Shown here: positions 19,809 through 27,827 of the stretch, in pieces
How positions within the stretch are numbered: the stretch's first letter is position 1
Layout of the letters: each line of letters opens with the position of its first letter
Source: a virus
Lineage: Duplodnaviria > Heunggongvirae > Uroviricota > Caudoviricetes
Strand: one strand, 5' to 3'
DNA length: 36,583 nucleotides
Virus record (IMG/VR): IMGVR_UViG_2585427727_000016
The notes under the pieces: generated by a model
Told to the model about the DNA's origin: nothing
Databases searched by the model: none
The model's input: only the letters and a program-made list of their open reading frames with translations
Made by a program: the position numbers and the translations under genes

Positions 19809-20861
19809 TTAGCTGTCGGCGAACTTCAGGCCAGTGACCATCGCGCACTTGCCATAGTCTTCAACGACATAAGCGTCATTGATGGACTGGTAGGTGGCGA
19901 TGCGGTTGTATTCCGGTTCGTCTTTCATCAGACGACGCATTGAACCTTTCTGCCAGTAAATCGACAGGTTGTTGAACGAGGTGATCAGCATCGTTGCATC
20001 CGGGAAGAACGGCGCAAGGAACACGCCCAGCCCGCCAATGGTGCGCGATGACAGAATGAGCTGCCCGGCGAGTAATTCCGCATTAGGATTCTGGCCGCTG
20101 ATGCTGTTCAGCACGGGCAGACGCAGCGAGTTAAACAGGTTGCGCCCCATAATCACCACGAGGTCGTCAGCTTCCTTGTGCCATTCATCCAGCAGGGATG
20201 AGCGCGCGTCCTGTACCAGTGCATCAGCGTTCGCATACTTACCCGCGTGCGCCACGGTGTTGTCCATGTTACGGGAGGTCAGCGTCACGTCATTCATAAC
20301 GCGTTCGCTGGCGTCGGTTCTGATGTGCTCCAGCCACCCCACGTTAACGTCCTGAAGCAACTTGTTGGTGCTGAAGTTGGACTCATCCGCGTGAGACGTG
20401 CCGTTGAAACCGATCATGATGCGGTCAAGTGCCACCTGTCGGGCAATCTGTGCGCTGATGCGGGACTGAAAATCAGGGTGTGCCGCCCAGGCATCAAGCT
20501 GCGGATATGAAATAAACGTGTCGTAGTTCACCTGTTCGCACTGGTATTTGCGGTTTTTCAGATCAACCACATTATTCGGGTTACGGCGTTTTGTGCCGTC
20601 ATAACTGGTATTCGTGCGCGCAATCGGCCCGGTGGTATCCAGGAGGATTTTTTCGCCTTTCTGGTCGGTCACGCCGATCACGTTAATTCTTTTTGTAAAT
20701 TCGGTGCTTTCCTTTGAGGCGTTTTCAAAACGCTGCTGTACCGAGGGTTCCACGGTAAATCGCGATACCAGTGCGGAAACCGGGATATTGTTAAGCGACG
20801 CCTGCTGCGCCATATAGCAACCCAGCTTGTTGCGGGTAATATCTGACATCACCAGATTCAT
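19809..20861 (-). CDS. N: major capsid protein N
   Basis: 350 aa; C-terminal YVVEDY motif as in P2 N. Confidence 0.9.
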   Translation of the reverse strand: MNLVMSDITRNKLGCYMAQQASLNNIPVSALVSRFTVEPSVQQRFENASKESTEFTKRINVIGVTDQKGEKILLDTTGPIARTNTSYDGTKRRNPNNVVDLKNRKYQCEQVNYDTFISYPQLDAWAAHPDFQSRISAQIARQVALDRIMIGFNGTSHADESNFSTNKLLQDVNVGWLEHIRTDASERVMNDVTLTSRNMDNTVAHAGKYANADALVQDARSSLLDEWHKEADDLVVIMGRNLFNSLRLPVLNSISGQNPNAELLAGQLILSSRTIGGLGVFLAPFFPDATMLITSFNNLSIYWQKGSMRRLMKDEPEYNRIATYQSINDAYVVEDYGKCAMVTGLKFADS

Positions 20862-20884
20862 AAAAAATTTGCTCCTTTGTCTTA

Positions 20885-21721
20885 TCAGAAGTCAGCCAGC
20901 TGGTCGGAGGCTGCGCCCGTTGCGGTGAACCGGTTCTGCGGATCGCCGTCCTGCGTGCGCAGTTTTTCCTTCAGTGCTGTCAGCTCTGTGGTCAGTGACG
21001 TGATTTTCTGGCGGTCCTGCTGATGGCGGGTTTCCAGCACATTAAAACGGTCGATAATGTCGGCCTGTGACGTTGCGACGCCTTCCACCGCTTCCTGAAT
21101 ACGGGAAAAACTGGCGTCATCCGCTTTGCGGCCACGACCAATAATCCCCATTACGCGGTTAAACCACTGGGTGCCTTCTTCCTGGCGTTGTTCTGCCATT
21201 TCGATGATTTCAGACTCGATGGCTTCGGAGATAAGCGGTGCTTCACCCTGGATACTGTTGAACGTCATCACCGCCTGACGTTGCTGTGCCGTGAATTTCA
21301 GGCGCTCAGTGCCCAGGCTTGCCGGGGTGTCGGTCATCGCCAGCCCGACCAGATAGGCGCGCCCGTTAACGGAGAACTGCGGGTGCAGTTCGATACTGGA
21401 ATAGATTTTCTTGCCGTCAGCGACAAGCTGCTTCATGCGCTCGGTCGGTTCGATTTCTGCATACAGCGCAGTACGTCCGGCCAGCGGGCCTTCCGTAATA
21501 TCTTCCGTACTCAGTGCGGTGACATCGCCCATTGCGGAAAATTCGCTTGACGGGCATGGCGAGAGATAGTGCTCAACGTTCACGCGGGCAGCGTAAACAT
21601 CCGGGTTGAAGTTCTCGGCGGCTTCACGCAGATGTACCGGGCTGATTTCGCGGCCATCAACAGTTGATCCGGAGACAGCCACGCGAAACTTTTTGCGGGA
21701 TGTCTTTTTTTCATTAGCCAT
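20885..21721 (-). CDS. O: capsid scaffolding protein O
   Basis: YLVGLAMTDTPASLGTE motif as in P2 O; start taken at the Met with GAGGGG RBS (ORF track extends to 21754). Confidence 0.85.
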   Translation of the reverse strand: MANEKKTSRKKFRVAVSGSTVDGREISPVHLREAAENFNPDVYAARVNVEHYLSPCPSSEFSAMGDVTALSTEDITEGPLAGRTALYAEIEPTERMKQLVADGKKIYSSIELHPQFSVNGRAYLVGLAMTDTPASLGTERLKFTAQQRQAVMTFNSIQGEAPLISEAIESEIIEMAEQRQEEGTQWFNRVMGIIGRGRKADDASFSRIQEAVEGVATSQADIIDRFNVLETRHQQDRQKITSLTTELTALKEKLRTQDGDPQNRFTATGAASDQLADF

Positions 21722-21875
21722 AGTTTTTGCCCCTCTGACTGGTTCTTCAGTCATGATGGCAAAGCGTAACAGGCTGATACAAAGGGCTTTTGTTGTAAGA
21801 AAACGGCCAGAACAGGGGGTTAAGGAGAACGGTTTCGCGCGCGGGTAATCTTCCTGTAATTACTCAGGGGGAGCA

Positions 21876-23627
21876 ATGATTCAGGACGCTTTTGTGCGCC
21901 AGCGTGCGCGGCAACTTTACTGGCAGGGTTATCCGCCCGCAGAAATATCACGTCTGATGGGAATAAACCCGAACACGGTTTATGCGTGGAAAAAACGCGA
22001 CCAGTGGGATGAAACGCCACCCGTGCAGCGTGTCACGCAGTCCATCGATGCGCGCCTCATCCAGCTTACTGAAAAACAGAATAAAACAGGCGGTGACTTT
22101 AAGGAAATAGACCTGCTGACCCGGCAGCTTAAAAAGCTGCATGATGGCCAGCCGGATGTGATGGCCGCAGGAAAGAAAGGCCGGGCGAAAAAACTCAAAA
22201 ATCATTTCACGCCGGAACAGATTGCCGCACTGCGGGAAAAAATCATCAGCAGGCTGGAGTGGCATCAGCGGGGCTGGTTTGACTCCCTGACACTTTGCAA
22301 GGAAGCCGGGATACGTAACAGGATGATCCTGAAATCCCGACAGATTGGGGCGACCTGGTATTTTGCACAGGAAGCTCTGCTGATGGCGCTGCGTGACGAT
22401 GTGGCGCAACCTTACCAGCGTAACCAGATTTTTTTGTCTGCGTCGCGTCGTCAGGCGTTCCAGTTCAAAAGCATTATTCAGAAGGCCGCGGCTGAAGTTG
22501 ATGTGGAGCTGAAAGGGGGCGATAAAATCATCCTCTCCAACGGTGCAGAGCTGCATTTTCTCGGCACTTCTGCTGCGTCGGCACAGTCCTATACGGGCAA
22601 TTTTTATTTTGATGAATTTTTCTGGGTCAGTCGCTTTGCTGAACTGCGCAAGGTGGCTGGCGCTATGGCAACCCTCAGCGGACTGCGGCGCACCTACTTC
22701 TCCACGCCATCCACCGAAACGCACGAGGCATACGCCTACTGGAACGGCGACCGCTGGAACGAGAAAAAGGCCACGCATAAACGCCAGCGTTTTTCTGTGG
22801 ACTGGAAAACGCTGCATAACGGGCTTATCTGCCCTGACCGGACGTGGCGGCAAATTGTCACGCTGGAAGATGTGGTTAATCACGGCTGGAAACACACCGA
22901 TATTGACGAAATTCGTGATGAAAACACCGAAGACGAGTTCCGCAATCTCTATATGTGTGAGTTTGTCCGCGAAGGGGAATCGGCATTTAACCTGAATATC
23001 CTGATTGGCTGCGGTGTTGACGGATACGACGACTGGAAAGACTGGAAACCTTTTGCTCCCCGCCCGATGGGGAATCGTCCGGTATGGATTGGGTATGACG
23101 CAAACGGCAGCAGTGGCAACGGCGACAGCGGCGCTGTGTCCGTGGTGGTTCCTCCGGCTGTTCCTGGTGGCCGTTTTCGAACGGTGGAGACGCGACGCGT
23201 TCAGGGGCTGGAGTTTGAAGAACAGGCCAGAGTCATTGAAGAGTTCACGTGTCGCTACAACGTGGAACACATCGGCATTGATGTGACGGGCGGGAACGGG
23301 GAGGCTGTTTATCAGATAGTGAAACGGTTTTTCCCTGCTGCTATTCCGTACACCTTCACGCTGTCATCAAAACGGTCGCTGGTACTGAAAATGCTGCAAA
23401 TAATGCGTGCCGGGCGGTGGGAATACGATCGCGCCGAACGCGAGCTGGTCGCGGCCTTTAACGCCGTGCGTAAGGTGAAAACACCGGGCGGTTTTATCAC
23501 TTACGAAACGGACCGTGCGAGGGGGATCAGCCACGGCGACCTTGCGTGGGCAACCATGCTTGCTGTCATTAACGAACCAATTGGCGGCGAAGGGGAAAAC
23601 GAGCGTTTTACGGTTATGGAGTTCTGA
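21876..23627 (+). CDS. P: terminase large (ATPase) subunit P
   Basis: 583 aa; divergent from O; P2 P-like. Confidence 0.9.
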   Translation: MIQDAFVRQRARQLYWQGYPPAEISRLMGINPNTVYAWKKRDQWDETPPVQRVTQSIDARLIQLTEKQNKTGGDFKEIDLLTRQLKKLHDGQPDVMAAGKKGRAKKLKNHFTPEQIAALREKIISRLEWHQRGWFDSLTLCKEAGIRNRMILKSRQIGATWYFAQEALLMALRDDVAQPYQRNQIFLSASRRQAFQFKSIIQKAAAEVDVELKGGDKIILSNGAELHFLGTSAASAQSYTGNFYFDEFFWVSRFAELRKVAGAMATLSGLRRTYFSTPSTETHEAYAYWNGDRWNEKKATHKRQRFSVDWKTLHNGLICPDRTWRQIVTLEDVVNHGWKHTDIDEIRDENTEDEFRNLYMCEFVREGESAFNLNILIGCGVDGYDDWKDWKPFAPRPMGNRPVWIGYDANGSSGNGDSGAVSVVVPPAVPGGRFRTVETRRVQGLEFEEQARVIEEFTCRYNVEHIGIDVTGGNGEAVYQIVKRFFPAAIPYTFTLSSKRSLVLKMLQIMRAGRWEYDRAERELVAAFNAVRKVKTPGGFITYETDRARGISHGDLAWATMLAVINEPIGGEGENERFTVMEF

Positions 23628-24673
23628 TGAGCAGAAAAAATAAAAAAGTGCGTATGAGTTCACGCATTGATCTCGCTGATGCGCTCAGGAAAGAATCGTC
23701 GCTCAGTGCATTCACATTTGATGGTCCTTATCGCCTGACCGGGCATGATTTGCTGGACAATATGTACTGTGCTGATAACGGGCGGTGGTATGAAACCCCG
23801 GTGGACTGGTACGGTCTGGCAAGAGCTGCCCGGCAAACGTCCTGGCATCAGTCTGCGCTTTACTTTAAGCGCAATGTATTGCTCGGTTGCTATATTCCGC
23901 ACCCGCTGCTTTCCCGGCAGGATTTCTCGGCGCTGGCGCTGGACTGGTTTGTGTTCGGTAACGCATTTCTTGAGCTTCGAAGCAATATGCTCGGCGAACC
24001 GCTTAAATTACGGCACGCCCTGGCGAAATACATGCGACGCGGAAGCGATCTTGAATCATGGTGGTATGTTCAGGATGGCAAGGATGCGTTTCAGTTTCGC
24101 CCTGGCAAAGTGTGCCACCTGATGAATCCGGACATTAACCAGGAAATTTACGGCATGCCGGAATATCTTGGCGCATTACTCTCGGCCAGCCTGTCTCATT
24201 CGGCGGACATGTTCAGAAAACTGTATTACGACAATGGATCCCACGCCGGGTGCATCATCTATATCGGTGCAGCGCAGGTAAACCGCGAAAGCATGGACTC
24301 CCTGAAAGAAACGTTACAGGGTGCGCGTGGTGGTGGTGCGTTTAAAAACGTGCTCATCCATGCGCCCAACGGGGGCAAAGAGGGGGTGCAAATTTTGCCG
24401 TTCCAGCAGATCACCGCAAAAGATGAGTTCATGAATGTTAAGGCGGCATCCCGTGATGATGTGCTGGCTGCGCACCGTGTTCCACCGCAACTGATGGGGG
24501 CGATGCCGGGCGAAAAAAGTGCGTTTGGTGATGTGGAGAAGGCCGCGCGGGTTTATGCAATTAACGAGCTGATGCCCGTTATGGAGGCCATGAAGCACAT
24601 CAATGACTGGCTTGGCGAAGAGGTGATCCGTTTTAACTCTTATGCTCTTCTTGATGAAAAAACAGCCCCGTGA
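23627..24673 (+). CDS. Q: portal protein Q
   Basis: 348 aa; start overlaps P stop; P2 Q-like. Confidence 0.9.
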   Translation: MSRKNKKVRMSSRIDLADALRKESSLSAFTFDGPYRLTGHDLLDNMYCADNGRWYETPVDWYGLARAARQTSWHQSALYFKRNVLLGCYIPHPLLSRQDFSALALDWFVFGNAFLELRSNMLGEPLKLRHALAKYMRRGSDLESWWYVQDGKDAFQFRPGKVCHLMNPDINQEIYGMPEYLGALLSASLSHSADMFRKLYYDNGSHAGCIIYIGAAQVNRESMDSLKETLQGARGGGAFKNVLIHAPNGGKEGVQILPFQQITAKDEFMNVKAASRDDVLAAHRVPPQLMGAMPGEKSAFGDVEKAARVYAINELMPVMEAMKHINDWLGEEVIRFNSYALLDEKTAP

Positions 24674-24690
24674 TTGGGGCTGTCCTTTTT
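24663..24690. terminator. bidirectional intrinsic terminator between Q and the convergent orphan gene
   Basis: CAGCCCC-GTGATT-GGGGCTG hairpin flanked by an A-run upstream and a T-run downstream. Confidence 0.7.
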
Positions 24691-25213
24691 ACCAGAGTTG
24701 AACCATTTTCTGGGTGCCGTCAGGCTTGAGATTATCAATTTCAGAGAGAACGTAATATTGAATGGCTTCACAAACGGTGGTGTATGGTGAATTACCTTCT
24801 TTAAGTGGCACGATATTATTATTAACGCGAACCTGTATTTCATCGTTATACATTGCGATCGAAAGAGGAGTATGCACGAAGGCGACTTCGCCAGGTGTGT
24901 CGTCAACCACTGTCTCAATGCTGAAAATCAGTTTTCGCTCATCATTGCCGCCCCTTGCTTTGGGGGTAGCGGCAGGAATCTGAGATAAAGGCATTCTGCG
25001 AAACCCTTCAGTTGTTTCCAGTCCGCATGAAACGTAATGCTGGCGATTACCGTCGCTATCCGTCCATGTCTGTGATGGCAGCTCCAGAGAGATTTCATAA
25101 GCATCAACAATTCCCTGGGCAATTCGTACAAGTGGGGTCAGGTCTTCATTGCGGCGAAAACTCTCCTTTACCTGATCTCGTTTTTCTCGTAACTGCTTGT
25201 AATTAATGACCAT
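24689..25213 (-). CDS. hypothetical protein, hotspot cargo (174 aa)
   Basis: clean ORF with GGAGG RBS 8 nt before ATG at 25213; own promoter region and terminator; no motif recognised. Confidence 0.6.
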   Translation of the reverse strand: MVINYKQLREKRDQVKESFRRNEDLTPLVRIAQGIVDAYEISLELPSQTWTDSDGNRQHYVSCGLETTEGFRRMPLSQIPAATPKARGGNDERKLIFSIETVVDDTPGEVAFVHTPLSIAMYNDEIQVRVNNNIVPLKEGNSPYTTVCEAIQYYVLSEIDNLKPDGTQKMVQLW

Positions 25214-25312
25214 AAAACAGCCTCCATTGATTTCTTTGCTCGTATTTTGCACTTATGAAGTGTGGTCGGCAAGGTGCCGCATCACTGACGCGCTTCGCTT
25301 GTCTGCTGCTTC

Positions 25313-25341
25313 GCCGGGGCATAAAAAATTTATGCCCCGGC
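25313..25341. promoter_or_regulatory. 29-bp near-perfect palindrome (candidate operator) about 100 bp upstream of the 174-aa gene
   Basis: GCCGGGGCATAAA-AAA-TTTATGCCCCGGC read directly. Confidence 0.4.
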
Positions 25342-25741
25342 TCTCCAGCTCCTGTATCAATCAGATAATTTCACGACGCCTTCCAGTTTATCGCCACCAT
25401 CGACGGTCAGACTCTTACGCAATCCCACTACGTTGACTGTATGTTCTCGCTGCCTCAGTGCGATTTTGACGGCCTTACCTTTCACCCCATCAAATCAAAA
25501 GCCCTCACGCCTTTTTCATGCTCAGCGTGAGAAATATGGCCATTCTGTTGTGTCTCTGCGACATCGTTCAGGGAATGCTATTTACCCCCTGAAACGCGGG
25601 CTGTTCCCCCGTCACCTGCGCGTAGAAAAAACGCGTTTTTTGTGCACGTACGGATCCTTGACGGATCCAGCCGCCACGCGGGCCGGAAGTACAAAAAGTC
25701 GTTCAAAAAAATTGTGCAAACTTGTGCACTATCGTGCAAAC

Positions 25742-25766
25742 AAAAAAAAGCGCCTTATCGGCGCTT
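25742..25766 (-). terminator. intrinsic terminator after the 89-aa gene
   Basis: minus-strand hairpin GCGCC-GATAA-GGCGC followed by a run of 8 U. Confidence 0.7.
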
Positions 25767-25774
25767 CAAAAATA

Positions 25775-26044
25775 TCAATTGTTGCTGTGTATTAATCGCC
25801 AACCACGAACATATGCTTCATAAGCATCTCTGTGCCTTACAGTTCCAGCCTGGCTAAACGGAATGTTAGCTAAAACTAAATCATTCTGAGCCATAGCGCG
25901 TCCTTCAAGCGCATCTTTTATGCCTAGCTCAAAAGCACAGGCAGCGCATTTGTGCCGACCTTCTTGTCCTTGATATTCAGGGAGAGACAGAAATGTTGGG
26001 TTATAACGATGAGGGTTCTTGCAAATACCTGTTTTAGCCCGCAC
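25775..26044 (-). CDS. hypothetical protein, hotspot cargo (89 aa, GTG start)
   Basis: ORF with GAGGT RBS before GTG at 26044 and its own terminator; single CAAC motif; function unknown. Confidence 0.45.
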   Translation of the reverse strand: MRAKTGICKNPHRYNPTFLSLPEYQGQEGRHKCAACAFELGIKDALEGRAMAQNDLVLANIPFSQAGTVRHRDAYEAYVRGWRLIHSNN

Positions 26045-26174
26045 TTTATTTACCTCATAGGAAAAATATGCGTGCCTTTACAGAGGTGCGTGTAAGCAAT
26101 AAAATATACGACGCACATTTTGATTTACTTCGGAAGGCACGCATATCAGGTTAAGTGAGTCCGACCGAGTTCTA

Positions 26175-26207
26175 CGCCCCAATAGTTGCTGCTATTGGGG
26201 CGTTTTG
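26175..26207 (+). terminator. strong plus-strand intrinsic terminator with no annotated plus-strand gene upstream
   Basis: 11-bp GC-rich stem CGCCCCAATAG-TTGCTG-CTATTGGGGCG followed by TTTT. Confidence 0.6.
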
Positions 26208-26408
26208 CATGGACAATGCCGCGCAATTATCTTGTCGCTCACAATGCGAACGATCTTACAAAAAGGCACATTACTGTCAAGATAATTGATCGTTTTAATC
26301 GATAGATAATAGACAATCTATTTGTTTAACAGATCGATTATTGAAGTAAGTGCGCCAAATGGAATGATACTGTTTCTATAAATGTGAGCATTTTTCGCGC
26401 AGATGCTT

Positions 26409-26720
26409 TTACTCAGGAAATAACGCCCGGATATTCCCAGCCATCTGGCTGGTTATCTTAGCCACTGGTGCAGACTGTGCTTCAAACTTTTTTGAGCTGA
26501 TTTGTGTCACAGGTAACATCTCATCATCAGCCCATGCGGCCAGTCGGTAAGCCTCTGCCGGATTCGTCTTCAGAAGTGCCAGCCCGGCCAGAAAAGCCAC
26601 GCGTTGGCCGCTTTTGCGGGCTTCTGGTGTAAGGCTGTCCAGCCAGGCGCATGCTTCTCCTTCGTTCTTGACGGCAGCTGGCTTCAGATAGAAACTTATT
26701 CTTCTGGTTGGTGTCGTCAT
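26409..26720 (-). CDS. parR: ParR/StbB-like centromere-binding adaptor
   Basis: 103 aa; RISFYLKP...LDSLTPEARKSGQRVAFLAGLAL resembles the ParR N-terminal ribbon-helix-helix region as I remember it; AAGGAG RBS; 4 nt after the parM stop. Confidence 0.65.
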   Translation of the reverse strand: MTTPTRRISFYLKPAAVKNEGEACAWLDSLTPEARKSGQRVAFLAGLALLKTNPAEAYRLAAWADDEMLPVTQISSKKFEAQSAPVAKITSQMAGNIRALFPE

Positions 26721-26724
26721 TGGT

Positions 26725-27684
26725 TTACTCCTTGTTCATTGCGTACAGCCCATTAACCAGAGCAAAATGTGGCACCCCGTCCGTGATGAAAGTCGCATTA
26801 ACTCCGCAGGCTTCGCGGATAGCGGGTGCCACAATCTCCGCCCCTCCACCGACAACCATCACCCGCCCGTAACCGGAAAAACCCGCCAGCGCGCGGATCA
26901 CTCGTTGTTTCAGTGTCTCCTCCTTTTCACGAATAACCGCCATCAGGCTGTTGTAATGCGCGTCATTGTGAATGTGCTGGCGCAGCCAGGCTTCATCGTG
27001 ACGGTGCTCAATAATGGTATTGGCGATGTGGTGACTGGTACGCATACCGTTAGTGGCCATCACCGACAGCACGGCATCAGCCATCAGGGAAACGCCTACG
27101 TGTGGATCGCAAAACACCTGGCTGATACCTGCCAGCTGCCCCTGAACCTTTGCCACATCCAGCGTGGTTCCGCCCAAATCCACAATCAGCAGGGATTCAA
27201 ACGGACTCATGTCAGCCAGTGCCTTAAAGCCAGCCGGAATGGATTCAGGCATAACCCGCACGTTACGGATAGTGAATGCTTCGCCGTTCTGGTACTCCAC
27301 CGGGCGCATAACGTTCGCTTTTTTGCGGTTGATGTTGGCTATGTCCGGCTGTGCGTTTGTGTCGAAATACTCGCTCAGTGGCAGGGTGACAACCACATCC
27401 ACCTCCTGTGGCGTGATGCCTGATTTGACCAGCGCGTGATGAATGGCAATGACATTCACATCACTGTACTGGTATTGCGTGTCGGTCGTCTGGACAAAGC
27501 GATCGCTGACCGGATCAAAACCATAGCGCACGCCATCAAGCATGTAGTTCGCGGGCTGCGTGCCACCGAACGGCGCAGACCATTCCGACTTGAAGCTGTT
27601 CGGGCTGATGGCGTTGCGGCGTTCGCCGTTCTCAGTCCATGCCAGCTTGATGTTGGTGGAGCCGTCGTCGATACAAATTTTCAT
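26725..27684 (-). CDS. parM: ParM/StbA-family actin-like ATPase
   Basis: 319 aa; MKICIDDGSTNIKLAW...ISPNSFKSEW and YSDVNVIAIHHALVKSGI closely match the ParM N-terminal phosphate-binding motifs I remember from plasmid R1. Confidence 0.8.
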   Translation of the reverse strand: MKICIDDGSTNIKLAWTENGERRNAISPNSFKSEWSAPFGGTQPANYMLDGVRYGFDPVSDRFVQTTDTQYQYSDVNVIAIHHALVKSGITPQEVDVVVTLPLSEYFDTNAQPDIANINRKKANVMRPVEYQNGEAFTIRNVRVMPESIPAGFKALADMSPFESLLIVDLGGTTLDVAKVQGQLAGISQVFCDPHVGVSLMADAVLSVMATNGMRTSHHIANTIIEHRHDEAWLRQHIHNDAHYNSLMAVIREKEETLKQRVIRALAGFSGYGRVMVVGGGAEIVAPAIREACGVNATFITDGVPHFALVNGLYAMNKE

Positions 27685-27713
27685 GTCGCTTTTCCTTATG
27701 TTGATTAATTAAT

Positions 27714-27827
27714 CGTTTACGGGATTCTGAAATCCCGTTTTTGCCTGTTTTTTGCGCGCTTCATATATCGCTGCGCGTTTTTTGCTCATTTACGGGATTC
27801 GTGAGTCCCGTTTCTGTCTGTTTTTTG
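27714..27827. repeat. two tandem hairpin-containing direct repeats of about 40 bp (candidate centromere or terminator-like elements)
   Basis: 27714..27754 and 27787..27827, each ACGGGA(TT)-loop-(AA)TCCCGT followed by T-rich CTGTTTTTTG; first copy intergenic, second inside the 3' end of gene A. Confidence 0.6.

Noticed and set aside
21948-23270. 440-aa minus-strand ORF inside the terminase large subunit gene
   Set aside because: Antisense shadow of gene P; Arg/Pro-rich low-complexity translation
25206-25795. Plus-strand ORFs of 76 and 120 aa in the hotspot intergenic region
   Set aside because: Poor coding character (Arg/Ser/Cys-rich), no RBS, span palindromes and a minus-strand terminator; region better explained as regulatory DNA
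26069-26155. 28-codon plus-strand ORF considered as a type I toxin
   Set aside because: Peptide (MRAFTEVRVSNKIYDAHFDLLRKARISG) is not hydrophobic, so a membrane toxin is unlikely; kept only as a possible leader peptide or sRNA in the findings
24674-26408. Search for the phage cos site near the portal gene, where P2 has it
   Set aside because: No sequence resembling the P2-type cohesive-end motif I remember was found by eye; no cos feature called
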